A DNA stretch of 36,216 bases from Stramenopiles sp. TOSAG23-2 (Eukaryota): contig LT649339.1 in assembly GCA_900128395.1 (NCBI GenBank), positions 1 to 36,216 on the forward strand, written 5' to 3'. Below are positions 11,661-21,797 of the stretch, in pieces. The position numbers and the translations under genes are program-made. The notes beneath the pieces were generated by a model. The model had not been told where the DNA came from. It saw only the letters and a list, made by a program, of their open reading frames with translations, and ran no database searches. Positions within the stretch are counted from its first letter, which is position 1. Each line of letters begins with the position of its first letter.

Positions 11661-12322
11661 GTTTTTCTTTCTTTCTTTCTTTATCACACCTTACTTGCTG
11701 ATATTTTCAAATTATCTTAATCTATTACTAAAGTAAAAATCTATTTAATTTGTTTGTTATCTATCTATCTAATTGTACATTGTCTATATTCTAGATTGAT
11801 AGTAGTAATAATAAAAAGATATATTACAGTAATAAATATATGTTGAATGAATAAAACCGTAGTTTTAATTTAGTGGTGGTCGGTGGTGTGCCTGGTGTGC
11901 CTGGTGTGGGTATTCTGGTATTCCAGTATTATTATCCTGATGATGAAATTATTAGAAATATGTTATAGCTACACACTATGGCCTAGTTGTGGCCATGGCG
12001 CTAATTAATTCAATTAAGGTATTAGAAATAGCATTAACGTAGCTATACCAGGTATCATCATCTGCTCTGCTGGCCCGGCTGGGATGAAAAAAAAGCTGGC
12101 CATAATAATAATAATTTTTCATCATCAATAATAAACATTTGCACATTTCACATCCTAATCCATTATTAGAATTATATTATATTTTATACAACTACTTTTG
12201 TACATGTACAATTTTCTTCATTGCCATTCAACTCTCTCTGGTTAATCAGATTGTTGTTTGTTGAAACAGAAAGAAACAAACAAGTATTTCATGAAAAACA
12301 GATTCACGTATTTATAACAAAC

Positions 12323-14257
12323 ATGTCAGACAATGAATCACCATCCTCTTCCGATGATGATGATGATTTTGGACCAATGCCAACATCATCATCATCGTCA
12401 TCTAATACTACTACGACGATGAATAATATAAAAAAACGTCCAGCAAATAATGATAATAATTCACCACCAATAAAAAAAAAGAAAATTAGAAAAGTGGAAC
12501 ATGAAAAACAATTAATTGCTAGATTACCACAAGCAGAAATGTATGAAAAATCGTATATGCATCGCGATGTAGTACGTTTTATTTTTGTTTCAAAACCAAA
12601 TGAGTTCATTATAACAGTAAGCAACGACGGTGTTGTAAAATTTTGGAAAAAATTTGAGACTTCTATTGAATTTGTAAAAGAATTTCGTGCACATTTAAAA
12701 CAACCAACTGGTGCTTCTTTATCATATGATGGACATCGATTTTGTACCACAAATGATTCAGAAAAAACAATAAAAATATTTGACGTCGTAAATTTCGATA
12801 TGGTACAAGTGGTAAATGTAAAAGATTTTCACCCTGGTGTATGTTGTTGGGTATATTTAAAATCACCACCAGCAATACTTGCAGTTGCAAATAGTAATAA
12901 CAATAATAATAGCAATAGTGATAATAATAGTAGTAGTAGTAGTAGTAGTGGAAACGATTTTTCTATACGTTTATTTAAAGGTGAAAGTTCAGGTGGTATA
13001 GCAAAAATGCCATTTGCAAGTGTTACTAGTCATATGGCAACTGTTAAATGCATGGCGTTTAATCATTTAGCAAGAGTTGCAATTAGTGTTGATGAAAAAG
13101 GTATGATTGAATATTGGAAACCAAAAGATGGCACGTTTCCAAAGAAACGTGTTAAATTTCGTTTTGCTTCTGGAACAGATTTAATTAGTTTATTTACCGC
13201 AAAAGCGAAACCGTATAGTATAACAATGTCACCCGATGGAAAAAAATTTGTTATTTTAGCAAGTGATCAACAAGTTAGAATCTTTTCTTTTGTAACTGGT
13301 AAATTAAAACGCCAATATAATGATTGTTTAAGAGTTGTTCAAGATAAATTGACAGAAACATGGACAAATGCAACCTTTGATGATACGTCAAATTTTTTAT
13401 TGTATCCTAGTTCAAAAGGAATCAAAATTTTAAATTTAACAACCAACAATGTTGTTAAAGTATTAGGTGCAGTGGAAGAATCTGAACATTTTTTAAATTG
13501 TGCATTGTACCAAGGTGCACCATATGTTGATTCACAAACACGTGTAAAACGTGCGACGGAGAAAGGCGAACAAGTTGATCGTAGTGAAATATTACCAGAT
13601 CCAACATTATTTTGCACTGCACATAATCAACCACGTTTTTATCTATTTTCATCAAGGGAACCAAAAAGTGATGATAGAGATGTATATAATGAAAAGCCAT
13701 TACATGTTTTACAATCTGAAAAAACAGCCAAAGCAAAATTATCATCATTATCGCAAGCTAATAGTAACAATAATATTAATAACAACGACAAGGCACCTGG
13801 TGTTGCAACTATACATACAACAATGGGCGATATTGTTGTTCAATTGTATCCACAAAAAACGCCAAAAACGGCACAAAATTGGTTAACACATGCTGCTAAT
13901 GGATATTATAATGGTGTTGTTTTCCATCGAGTTATAAAAGGATTCATGTTGCAAACGGGAGATCCAACAGGTACTGGTAGAGGTGGACAAAGTATTTGGG
14001 GTGGAAATTTCCAAGATGAAATTGTACGTAATTTACGACATGATAAACCTGGAATATTATCAATGGCCAATTCCGGAGCAAATACAAACGGCAGTCAATT
14101 TTTCATAACATGTGCAGCAACACCATGGTTAGATGGTAAACATACAGTTTTTGGACGTGTTGTTAGTGGTATGAATGTTGTCAGTGCAATTGAAAATTGT
14201 CCTACTGACCGATCGGATAGACCATTAACCATGATTAAAATAGTGAATGTGAGTTGA
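12323..14257 (+). CDS. PPWD1: Peptidylprolyl isomerase domain and WD repeat-containing protein 1 (spliceosome-associated cyclophilin)
   Basis: [15 protein letters not shown] and [11 protein letters not shown]40 start. C-terminal cyclophilin domain: [45 protein letters not shown]. First ATG is at 12323; the ORF track used an upstream TTG. Confidence 0.95.
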   Translation: MSDNESPSSSDDDDDFGPMPTSSSSSSNTTTTMNNIKKRPANNDNNSPPIKKKKIRKVEHEKQLIARLPQAEMYEKSYMHRDVVRFIFVSKPNEFIITVSNDGVVKFWKKFETSIEFVKEFRAHLKQPTGASLSYDGHRFCTTNDSEKTIKIFDVVNFDMVQVVNVKDFHPGVCCWVYLKSPPAILAVANSNNNNNSNSDNNSSSSSSSGNDFSIRLFKGESSGGIAKMPFASVTSHMATVKCMAFNHLARVAISVDEKGMIEYWKPKDGTFPKKRVKFRFASGTDLISLFTAKAKPYSITMSPDGKKFVILASDQQVRIFSFVTGKLKRQYNDCLRVVQDKLTETWTNATFDDTSNFLLYPSSKGIKILNLTTNNVVKVLGAVEESEHFLNCALYQGAPYVDSQTRVKRATEKGEQVDRSEILPDPTLFCTAHNQPRFYLFSSREPKSDDRDVYNEKPLHVLQSEKTAKAKLSSLSQANSNNNINNNDKAPGVATIHTTMGDIVVQLYPQKTPKTAQNWLTHAANGYYNGVVFHRVIKGFMLQTGDPTGTGRGGQSIWGGNFQDEIVRNLRHDKPGILSMANSGANTNGSQFFITCAATPWLDGKHTVFGRVVSGMNVVSAIENCPTDRSDRPLTMIKIVNVS

Positions 14258-14678
14258 ATTTTATATTTAAAAAAATATGAGGAGATGTGTGATAAAATAT
14301 ATATATTAAAATATTAAAAAAAAAATTTGAGATGTGGTTAATAATCTTACAAGTTAAAATTTTGTACGAACCGTATACAGAGTATAATAATTTTCTCTTA
14401 TTTGCTCAATATGTTTTATTGAAATTTATTTAAAATACGAACTCGACGGCTCGTATATATATTATACGTAAATTTCTTTTACTCCCGTAAATTAAATCTC
14501 AAGTATCACACCGTAAATATATTATTATATTACAGATTTAAAAATATTTTAATATATCATATTAAAAGTATTATGCATACAATTTCTTTTGTATTATACT
14601 TTTCGGTACGACTTCGCTCAGAGAAGTGTCCACCAAAGAAAATACTCGACACGCACACTCCCATCCACCACCAAAATC

Positions 14679-15812
14679 TTATTTCTTCTTCCCGGCATGA
14701 TAATTTCTTTTCTTTCGTTTCATTATTTCTGCTTTTTCTTTTTTTTTTTGGATAAGAATTTCATTTTGACGTTCTAATTTCTGTTTTTCTAAGGATTTTA
14801 TTAATTTTCCGGCAGTTATTTTTTTCAATCCATTGCGATTTGTACTAAATGTACAAGAGGAAGGATAGATACGTGCTAATCCTATCATAAAATCTTCTTG
14901 TGTATAATTCTTGCCATTTTTTATAATATCTTCTGTTGACTTTGATTCTTCATTTTTATCTTGTTTGACTTCATCTATTATTACAATTGGTTTTTGTTGT
15001 GGTATGTAACGATTTTCTAATGTTGATTCAATTGCCTGTTCAAATAAAACAGTTAAATTGATGTCAATATCATTTGCTTCAATGACGGTACCATCACCTT
15101 TTACAATTGATCCATCTGCATCTCTCTGTATCATCTGACCATCTTCCTCTATAATAATTGTACCATCAGTTAATATATCTGTTTGTCGCCCAGTTTTAGT
15201 CGTACAAGTTTTTGAACCATCAGGATTTATTTGCAATAAATTGCCATTAACATCCTCTAAAATTTCAGTTCCATCTTCAATATCAATTTGTTTTTTTGTT
15301 CCATTAAGATAGGTAATAATTTTAGTTTGTTCTTTAAAATTTGTTTCTGTGATTGTACCATCAATTGCTTTAATTACCTCCATTGTTGAATCATGATTGA
15401 TTTCAGTAATAGTACCATCGTTCAATGTAGTTGTTATCGTTCCATCAATAAAATATTCTATTTTAGTTCCATCTTGTTTAAATTCTATGATTATACCATC
15501 CGGTGTCTCTTGTTTCATAATTCTCCCAGTTTGTAAATCTGTAGTTACAACAATACCATCCTTTGTTGTTTCTGTTTTCACAAAATCAGTGATGGCTATA
15601 CGGCTACCATCAATAGTTGATTGTTCTAATGTTCCATCTGAATGCTCAACCAATTCTTCACCATTTTCATATGTTAAAATTTTTCGTCCATCGTCAAGGA
15701 CTTGACTCCGTCGTTTTGATTTTCGATCGAATTCTGTTGATATTGCAAGTGGATGGGACATGGTTAATTCATCAAAATCGTCAATAATGGAGGAAGATAT
15801 ATCATTGTTCAT
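14679..15812 (-). CDS. Protein with repeated beta-hairpin 'xDGT' motifs, Tcp10_C/CENPJ G-box-like
   Basis: 377-aa ORF with many turns of the form hydrophobic-x-x-DG/NG-T spaced about 9-10 aa apart (YENGE, HSDGT, TPDGI, KQDGT, FIDGT, LNDGT, NPDGS). The family assignment rests on this pattern only. Confidence 0.55.
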   Translation of the reverse strand: MNNDISSSIIDDFDELTMSHPLAISTEFDRKSKRRSQVLDDGRKILTYENGEELVEHSDGTLEQSTIDGSRIAITDFVKTETTKDGIVVTTDLQTGRIMKQETPDGIIIEFKQDGTKIEYFIDGTITTTLNDGTITEINHDSTMEVIKAIDGTITETNFKEQTKIITYLNGTKKQIDIEDGTEILEDVNGNLLQINPDGSKTCTTKTGRQTDILTDGTIIIEEDGQMIQRDADGSIVKGDGTVIEANDIDINLTVLFEQAIESTLENRYIPQQKPIVIIDEVKQDKNEESKSTEDIIKNGKNYTQEDFMIGLARIYPSSCTFSTNRNGLKKITAGKLIKSLEKQKLERQNEILIQKKKEKAEIMKRKKRNYHAGKKK

Positions 15813-16124
15813 GTTGTAAGATTGTTTTGTAAAATAAATTATATTAACTTTGTAAAATTGTATTGTATTGAATTATACTATGATTCTTTGATTTTATTTA
15901 AGTTCCATGTGTATGGTGCTATGGAAAAATCAGTTTTTTACAATTGTAATAGTCGAGATCCTCGCCTCTTCGCTTACCATCTGTACTGCGTCTTCGCTTT
16001 ACAATTGTACCAACAAGTAACGTTTTTGGTATTTTTTGGTGATGGGATGTGGCCTCTTTAATGTTATACAGTATTATACTTGGTACACATATCAAGATAC
16101 ATGGACAATATATTGTGATATTAA

Positions 16125-17425
16125 GGCGGATTACGGACTTGTGAGCCTCCATTTCGGGTAATTTTGTTTAAAATTATAGCTACTTTTTCTAATTTTTTTG
16201 CCTATATTTGTACTTTAAGTATACCAATTACTATGCTATCATATCTTTCACACACATATATACAACTTCATTGAATAAATCACATCGAAATTTCAATTAT
16301 AGAGAAGAATTGCAAATAGTAAAAAGCAGAAAGAATACAAAGATGAATCTGCAACTAAAAAAAGAAGGAAAATTTTACGAGTAGGTAGATTACAGCAAAA
16401 TGTAAATTACAATAAAGATTACAAAAACCCAAAAGATGTTAGAAAACATAAATCAAATAATAATAATAATATTCTAATAATGCATCACTTGGAAATATAT
16501 GTAAGTGTTGTAAAATAACCAAAATACGCAAAATAAATACCAATTATTGTTCCAAATGCAGAAAGTTGAGTTCAGTAAAAGCAATATTGAAGGGGAATAC
16601 CTTGCCAAATATCACCAGTACGACGACAACCGCCACAATCACAGCCACCACGACCACAACCACCACGAATAATAGCGATTCATCCTCAATATCAATCAGT
16701 AACAACAATTTTAATGATAATAATAATAATACAGCAGGTTCAATAGATTTAACCAACATAATAAATAATAACGACAATAATAATTATAATTCGGATATTG
16801 AAAACTTCGAAAATTATGACGCAGATTATAATGGCGACGATCGAAGTCCTCTACAACTAATAGCCGATGCTGCATATCCGGTTTATGATTTAACAAATGA
16901 AAGTGATGCCGAGGGAGGATCGTAATATTATAAACAAGTATTTTTTCTATATATGCCTATCATTTAATTTACTTTCAATATTATTTCCTTGCTAAAAATA
17001 CACCAAAATGAATAATTCGCCAACCAAAAGATCAATTACTAAAATTTGATATTTTTGAACGCGATTTGTTTTGTTCGCACCCTATTATACATTTACATGG
17101 GGTAACATCTCGATTTATTGTAATTTTCCTCGCAATTTCGAGCCACAGACCAAAAAAGTGATATTTTTTGCTTTAATGGAAGATTGTCTTTCTGATTTCG
17201 TGTTCATATCTTTTTATTTATGTGTGTGTGCGAAAAAAAAAAGATGTTACACCATAGATTTGTGTTTGATTCAACTTCCCGAAAGTCCATTTTTTGCTAT
17301 AACTAAAATAGCTAATATATTTTTTGGTTGGGGAAAAAGTTTTTACAGATTTTTTGATCTAGCAGGTTCATAGGCTTATGTACACTGGAATACCACAGAT
17401 TTTAACTGAAAGGACGTAATCCGCC
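16125..17425. mobile_element. Non-autonomous DNA transposon with TIRs and TTAA target-site duplication (Kolobok-like)
   Basis: Left end TTAA(16121-16124)+GGCGGATTACG(16125-16135). Right end CGTAATCCGCC(17415-17425)+TTAA(17426-17429). This is a perfect 11-bp TIR (14/16 when extended) with GG...CC termini, and there is a degenerate coding remnant inside. Confidence 0.75.
16303..16925 (+). pseudogene. Frameshifted coding remnant inside the TIR element (possible transposase C-terminus plus CxxC...CxxC knuckle)
   Basis: The frame from 16303 reads RRIANSKKQKEYKDESATKKRRKILRVGRLQQ...KHKSNNNNN. After a shift in the (AAT)n tract near 16470, another frame reads SNNASLGNICKCCKITKIRKINTNYCSKCRKL and runs to TAA at 16925. 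Neither segment begins with an ATG. Confidence 0.5.
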
Positions 17426-17546
17426 TTAATAATACACTCAAAAACTTTCACTTAAGTTAAGTATGTACACTGGAATACCACAGATTTTAACTGAAAGGAC
17501 GTAATCCGCCTTAATAATACACTCAAAAACTTTCACTTAAGTTAAG
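17377..17546. repeat. Exact 85-bp tandem duplication spanning the right transposon end and its flank
   Basis: 17377-17461 is identical to 17462-17546. Each copy contains CGTAATCCGCC-TTAA. Confidence 0.95.
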
Positions 17547-17745
17547 GTTTTCTGTTGTTTTTGAAAAATTTAAAAAAAATAATAATCGCTACAATAGAAA
17601 CCGTTAAATATATATAGATAATGTTTTCGAAATAATAGCTGTGTTAACATATATATACGAATGTATACAAAATACCACAAACAAACAACTATTAAACAGC
17701 AACAAAAAATATACAATACATATTACAAAAGACAATCACATAAAT

Positions 17746-19152
17746 ATGACATCAACTAAAAAATATTCTGCAGTTGAACGTGCTCTTGCCATTGGTAGAA
17801 AAAAATATGGTATACAACAAAGAGGAAGTAATAATAGTAACAACAAAGGTGATTATTCATTAAGTAATAGTAGCATCAATAACACACGCAGTAATATTGA
17901 TGATAATAATAATAATAATAATAGAAGAAGTAGAAGAAGAAGAAATTATAAACAACAAAACAATATTGACGATATGTTTATTAAATCAAGTTTTGGAAAC
18001 GATGAAAATTTAAATGTAATTGATAATGATACTATTAATTTTATATTTTCAAAAGAAAATTATAACAGTAATACACCTTCGAAAAAAATGATGGCAAATA
18101 ATACTTTGAAAGACAATGCGTTATTTGAAAATGCAACAAATACCAGCATACCTTTGCCAACATTCAAAGACATTGATAATAGAATTGATGATTTGTTTTC
18201 AGAAAATGCAATGTTTCTGAAAGAAAATTTTTCGAAAAGCCATGATGTATTTAACGATGCAAGAAATATATATGGAACTACTGTTGATGGATTACGCCCA
18301 AGTAATTATCATCGAGGTGTTGCTTCTGGTAGTCTGATGCCTGGCGGTAACAATAACCCATCAAACACGATGACGACGGCAACGACAACTGATTTGAATC
18401 ATATTGTAAATGATGAATATGATGAAAATGTTAATTATAAATTAAAACTTGCCAATTTAGTCGATTCTTTGTCTAGAGAAGTGGAAGTTTTGAAAAATAA
18501 TTCGATAGGTCCAACTATTCCAAAGATTGTATCTCCATCATCTATAAAAAATTCCCGTAGTAGTAGTAGTAGTACAAAAAATGGTATTATGAAAACGAAA
18601 ACAGTAGATAAATTGTATGAAACAAGTACAGGTTTAGTCATTACTGTACCAGTTGACGTAGTAGTAGATGATGTTGAACAATCTGATATACCGGTATTAC
18701 CATCATCTCAAAATAATATGATGATGTTTGTACCACCACCACCATCACACGTAACAGCATCCATGCTGCTATATAATGATGCGGAAATAACATTACAACA
18801 AACTGGCTTAGCCATAGAGCATCATAGAAATCATACATATCGTAAATATTTTGATGGGATGAAATTGTATTATATGATCCGAAAACATATCTTTTTAAGA
18901 ATGAAAAACAATATATTATCAAGACCATGTCGTAAATGGGAAGGAATTGGTGTTCCGTTTGAACAAAAAGCTATTTGCGCAGAGCGTGGACGAGACGCAA
19001 TGGCAAAAGATTATGTAAAGCAACGTTTGTTGAAGATTTCGTTTGCTAAATTAATGTTAAATGTACATGAAGGATATGAAGATTTTGTAATCAATGTATT
19101 GCCACCACCATTGTTAGAAACACCTCCAGGTACACCAAAAAGTATAAGGTAG
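17746..19152 (+). CDS. Hypothetical Asn-rich protein
   Basis: Long open frame with first ATG at 17746 (ORF track starts at GTG 17641). Mostly low-complexity, with a short coiled coil and a helical C-terminal part. No family recognised. Confidence 0.7.
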   Translation: MTSTKKYSAVERALAIGRKKYGIQQRGSNNSNNKGDYSLSNSSINNTRSNIDDNNNNNNRRSRRRRNYKQQNNIDDMFIKSSFGNDENLNVIDNDTINFIFSKENYNSNTPSKKMMANNTLKDNALFENATNTSIPLPTFKDIDNRIDDLFSENAMFLKENFSKSHDVFNDARNIYGTTVDGLRPSNYHRGVASGSLMPGGNNNPSNTMTTATTTDLNHIVNDEYDENVNYKLKLANLVDSLSREVEVLKNNSIGPTIPKIVSPSSIKNSRSSSSSTKNGIMKTKTVDKLYETSTGLVITVPVDVVVDDVEQSDIPVLPSSQNNMMMFVPPPPSHVTASMLLYNDAEITLQQTGLAIEHHRNHTYRKYFDGMKLYYMIRKHIFLRMKNNILSRPCRKWEGIGVPFEQKAICAERGRDAMAKDYVKQRLLKISFAKLMLNVHEGYEDFVINVLPPPLLETPPGTPKSIR

Positions 19153-19425
19153 TTTGTCGAAGTATTTATACGAATTTATTCGTATATTTTTTATATCTCC
19201 ATAGTGTGTCGTATTAGTAAACACATGTGTATATATATATATATAATTCAAACAGAAAACAATAACTGAGGCAATATCATATGATAGTATGATATCTATC
19301 TGACACTATGATAGGGTGTTGATATTGATATTAATTTTTTTTTTAAAAGAGTGTGTCAGAAATTATACGTATTTAAAATGATATGCATTTTATTAATGCC
19401 ATATATCATATGATATTTTACATTT

Positions 19426-21315
19426 TTATAATACATAATCAGCAGTTTTCCCTTCTATTAAACTGCTAAAACTACCACTACGATTTCGGCGAATTGTTGG
19501 CGCTGCATGTGTTTGTAAATTCACACTAGAACTGATTCTTGCTAAAGTGTCCATACTAATAGAATGATTCAAATCAGGTTGTGCCTTTAAACTTCTACGT
19601 ATCACATCAACTAAGAAGTTTGTATGTGAATGACTCTCAAGAACTGAACTAATAAATCTTTTAGCAACTCGATCACACCAGCAATCTCCAATAGGGAACA
19701 AGCCTTCGTACCAAGAGCAATGCCCACCCCTCTTTGTATTTAATATAATTACATTTTTATTTTCAGGAATTTCATTCCAGTCAATTAAACTGCCTGCAAC
19801 GATTGGATCATCATCCGAGTGCAATATTAATGTTGTAATTTTAATTTTAGATATTTCACTTGCAGCCGTTTTTCTATAGTGGCCCCTTGTTTGCTTTAAA
19901 AATTTATATTCGCCACCTTGGTCGTTTTTATTTTTACCTGAATAATTGTCAATTTCATATAAGAAACGATCATATTCGCTTTGTGCATTGCCTCTCAATA
20001 CACCACCAACTGCACCTTTATCGTATACTCTTTTTTTTACTCGTGTTGGGTCTAGCATTGCTGGTGCAATAACATTTCCTTGGCGATCTAATGTTGGGCG
20101 GAAGCGTCGATCGTTCTGCATATGTCGTTCAAAACAAACACGTAGTTGTGAAGTCAAGTACATGCCATAGCTAGCTAATTCATTTTTTTGTACATTTTCA
20201 ATTGTTTTTTTTAATTCAAAAGCGCCACTGAAGGTCAATGCGCATATCATGGGTGTCTTCCTTCCAACATCTTCCAAATAACGCAATAATAAATGACCGC
20301 CTGCACTGAATGCGCATCCAACAATCGGGGATTCAGGATACTCATTATTAAGATGTTGCATCACATATGTCAGGTCTTTAGTACAACCAAAATCACAACG
20401 CCAATATGAATAGGCAACAACTCTCCAACCAGACCGATGACATGCTCTTGCCAATCGCTTGACATATGGCGTTTTATTATTGTCTCCAAGTCCATGAATA
20501 ATTACAACTATAGGCAATGCATTATGTTGTTTAATTGACATACGGGATGATCTCCTTTTTTTAATTTTAATATTGATTTTTATATCATCCTCATCATCTG
20601 ATTCATCCTCTTCAAACTCATCATCTGGGTGTTCAATCCAATCCAACAACAAATCATTTCCATCGTATGCTTTAATGGTTTCTCGCCTATAACGCACCGG
20701 CTCAAATAACCACCACTCTAAATGGCCAAGAACAAATCCTATTAATGTCTGGGTATGATTATTTAGCAACCAAAAACATGGCTCAAAGCGAAATTTGGCT
20801 AACTTACTCTTTTCAACGATATGGACATTCCATGGAGTTCTTTGAAATCTTAAATTAGGAGATTCAACATATAAGAAATAATAAGCCAATCCCCAAACGG
20901 CTGCAAACCACGACGTAAATAAGCCTACGCTTGATATTTTAATATTAAATCTTCTTAATTGATTTCCTGCAAAAAATGTAAAAATAGCGGCTGAAGATAC
21001 CATACTCAAGATCAATTTTGATTTTCGCATAGTAAATAAAAAACTACGTATAACTTCATTTATTACAGCTCCTTTCTTAAACAAGCGCTTTCCTGTTTTC
21101 GGATCACGACTAGGTATATTGTATATTACAGCCCCGATACCTCCAACTGCGAATATAGAAAAGTACAATAATATGCGGTTAAACGTAGATCTATATATAA
21201 AATGTTGGAAGAAACTGAATATTGATTTCTTACTTTTCGTAGTTACTATTTTTTTTGCAACAGTATTTGCCACTACATAATTAAGTGATATAAATTTTGT
21301 AAGTATATTTGGCAT
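19426..21315 (-). CDS. Alpha/beta hydrolase, ABHD1/2/3 (YheT)-like, with N-terminal membrane segments
   Basis: WLLNNHTQT, DGNDLLLDW, PIVVIIHGL, nucleophile elbow AFSAGG, acid HSDDDPIV and His TKRGGHCSW. The start is set at MPNILTK (21315) because the upstream ORF extension is TA-rich non-coding-like sequence. Confidence 0.88.
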   Translation of the reverse strand: MPNILTKFISLNYVVANTVAKKIVTTKSKKSIFSFFQHFIYRSTFNRILLYFSIFAVGGIGAVIYNIPSRDPKTGKRLFKKGAVINEVIRSFLFTMRKSKLILSMVSSAAIFTFFAGNQLRRFNIKISSVGLFTSWFAAVWGLAYYFLYVESPNLRFQRTPWNVHIVEKSKLAKFRFEPCFWLLNNHTQTLIGFVLGHLEWWLFEPVRYRRETIKAYDGNDLLLDWIEHPDDEFEEDESDDEDDIKINIKIKKRRSSRMSIKQHNALPIVVIIHGLGDNNKTPYVKRLARACHRSGWRVVAYSYWRCDFGCTKDLTYVMQHLNNEYPESPIVGCAFSAGGHLLLRYLEDVGRKTPMICALTFSGAFELKKTIENVQKNELASYGMYLTSQLRVCFERHMQNDRRFRPTLDRQGNVIAPAMLDPTRVKKRVYDKGAVGGVLRGNAQSEYDRFLYEIDNYSGKNKNDQGGEYKFLKQTRGHYRKTAASEISKIKITTLILHSDDDPIVAGSLIDWNEIPENKNVIILNTKRGGHCSWYEGLFPIGDCWCDRVAKRFISSVLESHSHTNFLVDVIRRSLKAQPDLNHSISMDTLARISSSVNLQTHAAPTIRRNRSGSFSSLIEGKTADYVL

Positions 21316-21797
21316 TGTTGCTTCTTGTTGCTTTTGTACTAATAAGTTCGAACAGGTATATAGTATATTATTATAATATATTATATATAGCAGCCAATGT
21401 ATAATATCATGTATATATCTATACAGGTATGTATATATATATATGTACATACATACATTACTGTATATGATTGAAATAATAATGCAATTTATGCCTTTGT
21501 CTTCCAAAATTTTTCTATTTAAGTACAATAAAACTATACTATAATATAACAACTTGATAGGAAAATATCGTCTAAAAAAATGTAGAAAGTTATAGTGTAG
21601 TATTTTTTTTTATCCTTCTGGCCGCCTTCTAGAAGCAACAGAACATATTTTTAATACACCACAATCATTCAAAATATTAATGTATCAATACATTTGTACA
21701 TTTGTGAACAACATTGATGTATAATATAAATAATTAACTATTATTATTTCGTATTTAAACAAACCCTTACTCTACTCGAAAGTGATAATATAGCAAT

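Noticed and set aside
17377-17546. Direct repeats as a CRISPR array
   Set aside because: There are only two abutting copies, with no spacers and no cas genes, in a eukaryotic context.
21316-21552. ORF-track N-terminal extensions from TTG/GTG starts (also 11661-11687, 12221-12322, 17641-17745)
   Set aside because: This is a eukaryotic locus, the extensions are low-complexity UTR-like sequence, and the first in-frame plausible ATG fits the family or composition better.
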